Part shown: positions 9,814 through 17,795 of the stretch, piece after piece | Layout: each line of letters begins with the position of its first letter | Numbering within the stretch: position 1 is the stretch's first letter | NCBI GenBank assembly: GCA_025360225.1 | Contig: JANYCN010000034.1 | Location: forward strand, 34,063-98,062 | Length of the DNA stretch: 64,000 nucleotides | Direction of reading: 5' to 3' | Source of the DNA: Actinomycetes bacterium | Lineage (GTDB): Bacteria; Actinomycetota; Thermoleophilia; Gaiellales; F1-60-MAGs149 | Notes under the pieces: model-generated | What the model was told of the DNA's origin: nothing | Databases searched by the model: none | The model's input: the letters and a program-made list of their open reading frames with translations, nothing else | Position numbers and translations under genes: made by a program

Positions 9814-10616
9814 ACGCACCGAAGGTCGTGATCCTCTGTGGTGGACAGGGAACGAGGCTCCGCGAGGAGACGGAGTTTCGCCCGAAGCCGATGGTCGAGG
9901 TGGGTGGTCGGCCGCTCCTGTTCCACATCATGAAGCTGTATGAGCACCACGGCTTGAACGAGTTCGTGCTCTGCCTCGGCTACCGCGGCTCGATCATCAA
10001 GGAGTACTTCCTCAACTACCGCACGCTGAACGGCGACTGCACCGTCGACCTGCGTTCGGGTACCGTCGAGCTTGAAGGCTCGCCGACCGAGGACTGGCGG
10101 GTCACCCTCGCAGAGACCGGAGAGGACGCGATGACGGGCGCTCGGATCAGCCGAGTCGCGCGTCACGTCGGCAACGACGACGTGTTCTGCTGCACCTACG
10201 GCGATGGCCTCGCGGACGTCGACGTGTCGGCGCTCCTCGACTTCCACCGCGCACACGGGAAGGTCGCGACCGTCACCGGCGTCGTCCCGCCTGGCCGCTT
10301 CGGCCAGCTTCGCACGAGCGGCGCCGCCGTCCAGCGCTTCGCCGAGAAGCCGACGGGACGCGAGCGGATCAACGGCGGCTTCTTCGTCTTCTCCCGTTCG
10401 ATCTTCGACGTCCTCTCCGACAAGCCGAGCTGCGTGCTCGAGCGCGAGCCGCTCGAGCAGCTCGCCGCCGCGGGTGAGCTGATGGTGTACGAGCACGACG
10501 GGTTCTGGCAGTGCGCCGACACGCTGCGCGACGTCGAGCTGCTTCGCGGGCTCTGGGATGGCGGCGCGCCGCCGTGGCGGGTGTGGGACGCGGTGCGCGC
10601 ACCGCTCGCCGCGTAG
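9810..10616 (+). CDS. rfbF: Glucose-1-phosphate cytidylyltransferase
   Basis: KVVILCGGQGTRLREETEFRPKPMVEVGGRPLLFHIMKLYEHHGLNEFVLCLGYRGSIIKEYFLNY is a near-canonical RfbF sequence. Confidence 0.9.
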   Translation: MNAPKVVILCGGQGTRLREETEFRPKPMVEVGGRPLLFHIMKLYEHHGLNEFVLCLGYRGSIIKEYFLNYRTLNGDCTVDLRSGTVELEGSPTEDWRVTLAETGEDAMTGARISRVARHVGNDDVFCCTYGDGLADVDVSALLDFHRAHGKVATVTGVVPPGRFGQLRTSGAAVQRFAEKPTGRERINGGFFVFSRSIFDVLSDKPSCVLEREPLEQLAAAGELMVYEHDGFWQCADTLRDVELLRGLWDGGAPPWRVWDAVRAPLAA

Positions 10617-10623
10617 TCCCTGG

Positions 10624-12003
10624 TCAGGCAGCGAGCGCAGCGAGGTACCGCGGCGCGACGGCGTCCCACGAGTACTCCGCGCGGTAGCGCGCGCGTCCTG
10701 CCACACCGAGCTGCTGGCGAACGGCGCCGTCCGCAAGGAGCGCGGCGATCGCCTCGCCGAGGCCGCTGTTCGGCACGATCAGGCCGCCGGCCAGGTCAGG
10801 AGCGGAGCCGCACGTCTCGGACGCGATCCAGGGAAGGCCGTGGCTCATCGCCTCGAGCAGCACGAGCGGCGTTGCCTCGGCGATCGACGGCAACACGAGG
10901 ACGTCCGCTTCCCGCATCGACCCGGCGACCTCCTCCCGCGTCCGTCCACCGAGCAGCGACACGCGCGCGTCGCTGGACGCCGCGGCGATGATCGCGTGCG
11001 CGAGATCGCGGTGCCCCGGAGCCGGGCCGCCGATGCAGACGAGGCGCGCGTTCGACGGCGCGGCGCGGAAGGCCTCGAGGAGACCGAGATGGTTCTTCTC
11101 GGGCCAGAAGTTCGCGACGTGCAGGACGAGCGGCGTCGCCAGATCAACCTCAATCGCGTCTCGAAGACCAGGCGTCGGGTCGATCACCGGAACCGCGTTC
11201 GGCAGGTACGTCCCCGGCACCCCGAGATGATCGAGCAGTCGCCGATCCCAGCCTGCGTACGAGCTGAACCCGACCGCGTCGACCCGCAGGAGCGCCCTGC
11301 TGTAGGCCTCCGCCTGGTCAGCGCGTGCCCGGACGAGCCGGTCACCATCCTCGTTCACGCACGGCACCACGAGCGAGCGGATGCGCTGCAGGGGGTGGGG
11401 AAGGCCAAGCACCGAGCGGATCGGGTAGCCGCCCGGCGAGGAGATGCCGATCACGGCACCGAAACGGCCGGACGCGAGGAGCGCGTGCAGGGCTTCCTCG
11501 GCGAGTGCCGGCGCCGTGCCGTGGACGGTGATGCCACGCCACCCCGCAACGCGGTCCCGGTGCTCGTAGCAGAGCACCTCGGTCGGTCGGCCGCGTGCGG
11601 TCAGCTCGAACGCGAGGTCGGCAGCGAGCATCTCGGTGCCGCCGACGGACGGGTGGAACAGCTCGACGACGAGCAGGATCCGGTCGCTGACCATCCGCTC
11701 GTCGCCGCCGTAGGCGAGCGCCTCGCCGCAGACGTCGAGCGCCTGGCGCGCCTCGACGAGGTCGGGAGCGACAGCGACGGCGTGTCGTGCGTAGGCGTAG
11801 GCGTCGGCGACCTCGCCCGCATCGTGGAGGACGACCGCGATGTCGGCGAGCGCCTCCGCCCACAGCCGCGTACCGGCGCCGGCGGCGCGTCGGACGGACT
11901 CCAGCGCGCTGTAGGCACCCGTCGCGTCGCCGTCAGCGAACTGCCCCTCCGCCGCCTCGAGCAGGTGGCGGAGATGCTCCTCGTCCGGCGCGTCGGCGAT
12001 CAT
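10624..12003 (-). CDS. TPR-like N-terminal region fused to a GT4 (GT-B) glycosyltransferase
   Basis: ILLVVELFHPSVGGTEMLA...EATPLVLLEAMSHGLPWIAS are GT4 motifs. The start is uncertain (ATG 12003, ATG 12009 or TTG 12063). I chose 12003 because it lies 8 nt after the -10 block of promoter copy C. Confidence 0.75.
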   Translation of the reverse strand: MIADAPDEEHLRHLLEAAEGQFADGDATGAYSALESVRRAAGAGTRLWAEALADIAVVLHDAGEVADAYAYARHAVAVAPDLVEARQALDVCGEALAYGGDERMVSDRILLVVELFHPSVGGTEMLAADLAFELTARGRPTEVLCYEHRDRVAGWRGITVHGTAPALAEEALHALLASGRFGAVIGISSPGGYPIRSVLGLPHPLQRIRSLVVPCVNEDGDRLVRARADQAEAYSRALLRVDAVGFSSYAGWDRRLLDHLGVPGTYLPNAVPVIDPTPGLRDAIEVDLATPLVLHVANFWPEKNHLGLLEAFRAAPSNARLVCIGGPAPGHRDLAHAIIAAASSDARVSLLGGRTREEVAGSMREADVLVLPSIAEATPLVLLEAMSHGLPWIASETCGSAPDLAGGLIVPNSGLGEAIAALLADGAVRQQLGVAGRARYRAEYSWDAVAPRYLAALAA

Positions 12004-12011
12004 CTGCATCG

Positions 12012-12040
12012 GTATCGACGCGCACGTCTGACCACTTGAG
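12012..12040 (-). promoter_or_regulatory. Sigma-28-like promoter (copy C)
   Basis: On the minus strand the sequence reads CTCAAG-N15-GTCGATAC. ATG codons follow 2 nt and 8 nt downstream. Confidence 0.6.
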
Positions 12041-12058
12041 GAGGTTGCCCGTACCACC

Positions 12059-12087
12059 CTCAAGTGGTATCGCGACTCCGTCGATAC
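12059..12087 (+). promoter_or_regulatory. Sigma-28-like promoter (copy B) for the 14-kb plus-strand glycosyltransferase/flagellar gene string
   Basis: CTCAAG-N15-GTCGATAC, then 7 nt, then the GTG at 12095. It is an exact mirror image of copy C. Confidence 0.6.
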
Positions 12088-12094
12088 CGACGAA

Positions 12095-14764
12095 GTGTCG
12101 GCAACCTCGCCACGGGTGACGCTCGCGATCGCAACCCACGACCGTCCAGCGTACCTCGCTGAGGCGCTCGCCAGCGCGTACGCGCAGGACTACGCCGACC
12201 TGGAGATCCTCGTCGTTGACGACGCCTCGGGGCCGGAGACCGTGGCGCTCCTCGACGCCCAGAGCGACCCGCGCCTGCGCGTCCTGCGCCTCGACGAGAA
12301 CGTCGGCATGGTCGGCGCGTTCAACCGGCTCTGGCAGGAAGCACGCGGTGAGCTGGTCGCGATCCTCGACGACGACGACGTCTGCGTGCCGGATCGCGTC
12401 AGCCGCTCGGTCGCCGTCTTCGACCGGCACCCCGGTACGCACGTCGCCTTCGGCGACTCGATCACGATCGACGCGAACGGTCTACCGATCGGCGAGTGGA
12501 CGGTCGGGCACCTCGCCGGCGAGCGGCTCCTTGACGTCCTCGTACGGCGCGTCAACATGATCTGCCACACGACCGTGATGGTCCGTCGCAGCCTGTACGC
12601 GACGCTCGGCGGCTACGACGTCGACCTCCCTGTCGCGCAGGACTACGAGCTGTGGCTCCGAGCCCTGCCCGATCACGAGTTCCGGACGATCCCGGGTGGG
12701 CCGGTGGTGCGCGTTCGCCGACACGGGGCGAACTCGACCACGGCGGCGATGCCTGAGCGAGAGCAGGCGTACGTCGAGCTCAGCATCCGAAAGGCGCTGG
12801 GGTACAGGACGCTGCGCGAGCTCGTCCCGGAGATCGCCTGGGACGCCATCCCGGAGGCGTGGGCCGAGCGGCACGCGCGGATCGTGCTCGCAGCGGCGTT
12901 CGCGCGCCGCGGGCTCACCGCGCTCGCCGCCGAGCAGCTCGAAGGCGCCGACGCGGGCCCGCAGACCTTCGACGCGGCGGCCCGTGCCGACCCGACGTTC
13001 GCGGAGCCGGGCTCGCGCGGCTCGATCGTCCTCACCTCGTTCGGCTGGAACGATGCCGGGGGCGGCACGCGGGTGCCGCGAAACGTCGCACGCGCGCTCG
13101 TCCGTCGTGGGTACGCCGTGACGGTGTTCTACGCCGGCGTCGCTGAGCGTCCCGGGTTGACGCCGTACGCGGTCGAGGAGACGAGCGAGGACGGGATTGA
13201 CCTCGTCGGCGTGTTCAACCGACCACACGGCCTGCTCGACCTCGGCCACCCGCTTCGCGAGATCGACGACCCACCGATCGCGCGAGCCTTCGGCGAGCTG
13301 CTCGATCGGGTAAGGCCCAACGTGATCCACTACCACAACCTCCACAACCTCGGAGCGTCGCTCGTCGACGAGTCGCGATCACGGGGTATCCCAGCCGTCT
13401 TCTCGACGCACAACTACTGGCTCGTCTGTCCGCGCAACTACCTCTTCCGCGCCGACCTCTCGCTCTGCGACGGCCCGGCGGACGAGGGTCGGGCGTGTGC
13501 GTCGTGCGTCGACGCACCGCACCTGAGCGACGGCTACGCGGCCCGACGCAGCGGTGTTCGCGACCGGTTTTCGGCCGGCGTCGAGACCTGCCTCGCCGTC
13601 TCTGAGACGGTCGCTCACACGCTGCTCGACACCGGCTTCGACGATCGGCTCGTGCAGGTCCTGGCACAGGCGATGCCCGAGCCGGAAGGGCTCTGGCGCG
13701 CCGTCGGCGAGGCGCGACCGGCAGGCCGCCGCGGGCGCGACCTCGTCGTCGGCTTCCTCGGCTCGGCGTACCCACACAAGGGGCCCCAGGTGCTCGTCCT
13801 GGCAGCGCAGGCGATGCCCACGGACGTGCGCGTCGAGGTCCACGGCGACGTGCCGCAGCGCACGATCGGCGCCCTTCAGGCGCTTGACCGGCTCGGTCGC
13901 GTCGAGTTCGCCGGCCCGTACTCCGAGCACGACCTGCCGGCGATCCTCTCACGGATCGACGTGGCGGTCGTCCCCTCGGTCTGGTGGGACTGTGCACCGC
14001 TCGTCGTCGCCGAGTGCCTCGCCGCCGGCGTGCCGGTCGTCGGCGCGCGGATGGGCGGGATCGCCGAGGCGATCGACGATGACGTCGATGGGCTCCTCGT
14101 CGCCGGCGGCGACCCGGGCGCGCTCGCAGGGGCGATCACCCGTCTGACGACCGAGCAAGGGCTGCTCGAACGTCTCCAGGCCGGCATCAAGGCACCCGCG
14201 TCGTTCGCCCGCTACGTCGACGCGCTCGAGAGCGCGTACGCAGGCACCTATCGACGAGCGGTCGGAACGCTCACCACCGAGAGCGGCGTGGGACTTCCCC
14301 AGCGCCCCCGACCGGAGCGGGAAGTCCCGCACGCTGCGGAGAAGCTGGTGCGCTTCACGACCCGGACGAGGGCGCTCGTCGCGGCGCCCTGCTGGGGCGA
14401 CCCGGACGGTCTCGAAGCGATCCTCGCGTGCTGGGCGTCGGCGTTCACCGAGGCCGACGACGTCGCCCTCGTGCTGCTCGCCGACACGCACGTCGACGGC
14501 CGCAGCGACGAGCTCGCGGGACGGATCGATGAGGCGGCGCGGGCGCGCGGGATCGACCTCGACGGTGACCTCGCGGAGCTCGTGCTCGTCGATGACGCCA
14601 GCGCCGGCCGCGCCCTCGCGCACGCAGCGGCGGGCGATGGCTACCTGTGCCTGCACCGCGGCGCGCCTGGCCTCGAGCGCGCAGCGGTGCGCGCCGGAGT
14701 GCCGTTGCTCGAGCTCGACGTTGCAGCGTTTCGCGGCTGGTCGACGGGGCGGATCGCCGCGTGA
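12095..14764 (+). CDS. Three-module glycosyltransferase: GT2, GT4 and a C-terminal half-Rossmann module
   Basis: The N-terminus VTLAIATHDRPAYLAEAL...VVDDASGPET...ILDDDDV is GT2. The middle region IVLTSFGWNDAGGGTRVPRNVARAL...APLVVAECLAAGVPVVGARMGG is GT4. The C-terminal ~130 aa (LVAAPCWGDPDGLEAILACWASAFTEADDVALVLLAD) recurs in the next two GT4 proteins. Confidence 0.85.
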   Translation: MSATSPRVTLAIATHDRPAYLAEALASAYAQDYADLEILVVDDASGPETVALLDAQSDPRLRVLRLDENVGMVGAFNRLWQEARGELVAILDDDDVCVPDRVSRSVAVFDRHPGTHVAFGDSITIDANGLPIGEWTVGHLAGERLLDVLVRRVNMICHTTVMVRRSLYATLGGYDVDLPVAQDYELWLRALPDHEFRTIPGGPVVRVRRHGANSTTAAMPEREQAYVELSIRKALGYRTLRELVPEIAWDAIPEAWAERHARIVLAAAFARRGLTALAAEQLEGADAGPQTFDAAARADPTFAEPGSRGSIVLTSFGWNDAGGGTRVPRNVARALVRRGYAVTVFYAGVAERPGLTPYAVEETSEDGIDLVGVFNRPHGLLDLGHPLREIDDPPIARAFGELLDRVRPNVIHYHNLHNLGASLVDESRSRGIPAVFSTHNYWLVCPRNYLFRADLSLCDGPADEGRACASCVDAPHLSDGYAARRSGVRDRFSAGVETCLAVSETVAHTLLDTGFDDRLVQVLAQAMPEPEGLWRAVGEARPAGRRGRDLVVGFLGSAYPHKGPQVLVLAAQAMPTDVRVEVHGDVPQRTIGALQALDRLGRVEFAGPYSEHDLPAILSRIDVAVVPSVWWDCAPLVVAECLAAGVPVVGARMGGIAEAIDDDVDGLLVAGGDPGALAGAITRLTTEQGLLERLQAGIKAPASFARYVDALESAYAGTYRRAVGTLTTESGVGLPQRPRPEREVPHAAEKLVRFTTRTRALVAAPCWGDPDGLEAILACWASAFTEADDVALVLLADTHVDGRSDELAGRIDEAARARGIDLDGDLAELVLVDDASAGRALAHAAAGDGYLCLHRGAPGLERAAVRAGVPLLELDVAAFRGWSTGRIAA

Positions 14765-16422
14765 CACGGGTGCTCCTGACCTCCTACGGCTGGGAGGATG
14801 CCGGCGGCGGGACGCGCGTCCCACGAAACGTCGCGCGGGAGCTGCGCCGTCGCGGACACGACGTGACGGTGTTTCACGCCGCTGTCGACGACCTCGCAGG
14901 GGCGCCAGAGTACGCCGTCCGCAGGTGGCGGGACGGTGACGGCATCGAGCTCGTTGGCGTCCACAACCGCCCGCACGTGATGCTCGATCTCGACCAGCCG
15001 CTGCGCGAGATCGACGACCCGGCGATCTCCGCGACGTTCGGCGCGACGCTCGATCGTGTCCGCCCCGAGGTGGTGCACTTTCACAACCTGCACAACCTCG
15101 GCGCGGCGCTGATCGACGAGACGCGTGCGCGCGGCATCCCGGCGTTCTACACGACCCACAACCACTGGCTCGTGTGCCCTCGCGCGTACCTCGTCACGGC
15201 GGCGGGCGAGCTGTGCGACGGCGTCGCCGACGAGGGACGATCGTGCGCGGCGTGCGCGAACGCGCCAGCGCGGGCGCGGGAGTTCGCCGTGCGCCGGAGC
15301 GAGGTCCGCGATCGCTTCACCCTCGGCGTCGAGCGGTGCCTCGCCGTCTCGGCCAGCGTCGCACGCACCATGGAGAGCGTCGGCTACCGGCCCGACCAGA
15401 TCGTCGTGCTGCAGCAGGCGATGCCTGAACCAGAGGAGCTGTGGCGGCTGGTCGGCCGCGATCGCGCTCCGGGGCCGATCGGCGAGGGCCTCGTTGTCGG
15501 CTTCATCGGCTCGGCGCACGCGCTGAAGGGTCCAAAGGTGCTGGTTGACGCCGCGCAGCTGCTCCCGCCCGGTGTCCATGTCCGGATCCACGGCGACGTG
15601 CGCCCGGACGTCGAACGGTGGCTTCGCTCCGCCGACACAGGAGCCCGCGTCGAGCTCGCCGGTGCGTTCGCGACTGCCGAGCTGCCGACGATCCTCGCCT
15701 CGATCGACGTCGCCGTCGTGCCATCCGTCGTGCAGGACTGTGCGCCTCTCGTGATCGCCGAGTGCCTCGCGGCACGCGTCCCCGTGGTGGGCGCACGGAT
15801 CGGCGGCATCCCCGAGCTTGTTCGCGATGGCGTCGACGGTCTGCTGTTCGCCCCTGGCGACGCCGACGCCCTCACGGCCGTGTTGACGAGGCTCGCAGAC
15901 GAGGACGGCCTGCTCGAGGAGCTGCAGGGTGCGATCGTCGCGCCGACGCCGTTCGCGACCTTCGTCGACGAGCTCGAGCGTACCTACGCAGGCTCCACGA
16001 CGGTGGCTGTGAGCGCCTCCTCGCAACGGAGACGTACGGGCGAGGTGCCGGGCGGCCGTGGTCGGAACCTGCTCGCAGCTCCAGCATGGGGACGCGGCGA
16101 TCTGCTCGACGCCCTGCTGCAGAGCTGGACAGAAGCGTTCTCACCGACCGACGACGTGGCGCTCGTGCTGCTCATTGACACCACTGGCGACAGCGACGTC
16201 ACGGCAGCGGGCGAGCAGATCGAGGCGATCATTGGCGGCGCCGGCGTCGCGGACGTCGTCCTGCTTCAGGCAACTGCCGGCGAGGCGCTCGCCCTCGCGG
16301 AGTCGTGCGACGGCGTCGTCGCCCTGCACCGCGGTGCACCCGGCCTCCTCCGCGCTGCGATCGCGAGCGGCGTACCCGTCGTCGCGCCCGACCACGCCGC
16401 GCTGCGAGCGTGGGCCGCATGA
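14761..16422 (+). CDS. GT4 glycosyltransferase plus a C-terminal half-Rossmann module (paralog 2)
   Basis: GTGA overlap at 14761-14764. Motifs are VLLTSYGWEDAGGGTRVPRNVAREL, APLVIAECLAARVPVVGARIGG and LLAAPAWGRGDLLDALLQSWTEAFSPTDDVALVLLID. Confidence 0.85.
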   Translation: MTRVLLTSYGWEDAGGGTRVPRNVARELRRRGHDVTVFHAAVDDLAGAPEYAVRRWRDGDGIELVGVHNRPHVMLDLDQPLREIDDPAISATFGATLDRVRPEVVHFHNLHNLGAALIDETRARGIPAFYTTHNHWLVCPRAYLVTAAGELCDGVADEGRSCAACANAPARAREFAVRRSEVRDRFTLGVERCLAVSASVARTMESVGYRPDQIVVLQQAMPEPEELWRLVGRDRAPGPIGEGLVVGFIGSAHALKGPKVLVDAAQLLPPGVHVRIHGDVRPDVERWLRSADTGARVELAGAFATAELPTILASIDVAVVPSVVQDCAPLVIAECLAARVPVVGARIGGIPELVRDGVDGLLFAPGDADALTAVLTRLADEDGLLEELQGAIVAPTPFATFVDELERTYAGSTTVAVSASSQRRRTGEVPGGRGRNLLAAPAWGRGDLLDALLQSWTEAFSPTDDVALVLLIDTTGDSDVTAAGEQIEAIIGGAGVADVVLLQATAGEALALAESCDGVVALHRGAPGLLRAAIASGVPVVAPDHAALRAWAA

Positions 16423-17795
16423 GCGTCTCGCTGCTCCTCGTCGTCCGGTTCGGCGCCACGGCGCTCGTCGGCCTTCTGGAGCATCTCGCCGCGCTCCCAT
16501 CGGATCTCGACTTCGAGCTGGTGATCGCCGCCCACGGACCGGACGGCGCCGTCCGCACCGTGCTCGACACCCTCGAGGGCGACGTGACGATCGTCGAGGT
16601 CGCGGACGACGCGAGCACCGCATCGGCCCTCGAGGTGGCGCGCGGCGCCGCGCGCTGGCGAAGGCACGTCGTGCTGACGCCTTCCCTGCGTCCCACCTCG
16701 AGCGAGCTGGAGCGTCTCGCCAGCGGGGGGAGAGCTCGCGTGCGACGCGTCGCGACCGGTCCGCTCGCGTCCGTGATCATCTGCACGCGCGATCGCCCGC
16801 AGGAGGTACGCGGTTGCGTCGAGGGCCTCCTTGCGGCGGGACTCGGGGCGTCTGGCTGTCAGGTGGTGATCGTCGACAACGGTGCGACCGATGACGCGGT
16901 GGAGACGATCGCTGCCCTGGCGGCGAGCGCGCCGGGCACGGTCGCCGCCGTGCGAGAGCCGATCGCCGGCCTCTCCCGGGCTCGGATGACCGGTGCGATG
17001 GCCGCCGTACACGACGTCCTCATCTACCTCGACGATGACGCGCGGGCGGACGACGGGTGGCTCGAGGCCCTGCGCGACGCCTTCGACGATCCTGCTGTCG
17101 CGATCGCCGGCGGGCCGATCCGCGCGGTCTGGGACGCCCCAACCGAGGGCGAGCGGGTGCCGCCCGCGTGGGGCTTCCTGCTTGGGGTGCTCGACCTTGG
17201 CGACGCTGACCGGACGATCACACCCGACCAGGGACCGTATGGCGGCAACTGGGCCGTTCGCCGGCCCGTCCTCGAGGCCGTCGGCGGATTTGACCAAGCG
17301 TTCGGCCCGAGCGACGCCTCGCGCCTTGGCGGCGAGGAGAGCCACGTCAGCCAGGAGGTCAGTCGGCGCCACCTCGGGCTGATCCGCTACGTCGCGGCCG
17401 CGTCGGTCGGCCATCGCACGTCCGCTTCCGTGACGGACGCGCAGCTCGCGCTCCGGGCGTTCCGGGTCGGCGCGGGAGAGATCGCCGTCGGCGCGCGGGG
17501 CGGGACGATCGACGCTGCCGCCGCGCGCCGCCGCATGCGGACGGCCGCCCAGGGCGTCGCGGCGGTGCTCGACCCGTTGCCGACGAGCATTGCCGCGTGT
17601 CTCGCCGCGCTCGCAGACAGCGAGGCGGCCCTCGCCGACCGGCTGCTCGCCGCCGCGCGAGCCGGGCACGTCGCCGGGTGTGCGCAGGTCGCCGCGACGT
17701 GGACGGTGACGCTTGGCGCGCGATCGCTCGCGATCGAGCCCGAGAACGCGCGTGGAATCGTCGAACAGACGGGAGAGGCGGTCTCGAGCTGGTGA
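16419..17795 (+). CDS. Family 2 glycosyltransferase preceded by a degenerate GT2-like N-terminal half
   Basis: ATGA overlap at 16419-16422. SVIICTRDRPQEVRGCVEGL...VVIVDNGATDD...LIYLDDDA are the GT2 motifs. Confidence 0.8.
   Translation: MSVSLLLVVRFGATALVGLLEHLAALPSDLDFELVIAAHGPDGAVRTVLDTLEGDVTIVEVADDASTASALEVARGAARWRRHVVLTPSLRPTSSELERLASGGRARVRRVATGPLASVIICTRDRPQEVRGCVEGLLAAGLGASGCQVVIVDNGATDDAVETIAALAASAPGTVAAVREPIAGLSRARMTGAMAAVHDVLIYLDDDARADDGWLEALRDAFDDPAVAIAGGPIRAVWDAPTEGERVPPAWGFLLGVLDLGDADRTITPDQGPYGGNWAVRRPVLEAVGGFDQAFGPSDASRLGGEESHVSQEVSRRHLGLIRYVAAASVGHRTSASVTDAQLALRAFRVGAGEIAVGARGGTIDAAAARRRMRTAAQGVAAVLDPLPTSIAACLAALADSEAALADRLLAAARAGHVAGCAQVAATWTVTLGARSLAIEPENARGIVEQTGEAVSSW

Noticed and set aside
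12004-12063. Alternative starts for the TPR-GT4 gene: TTG at 12063 and ATG at 12009.
   Set aside because: A start at 12063 would place the inner palindrome and promoter copy C inside the coding sequence, and it adds an Arg/Ser-rich peptide. The ATG at 12009 is only 2 nt from the -10 block. I keep 12003 as my preference, but the call is uncertain.
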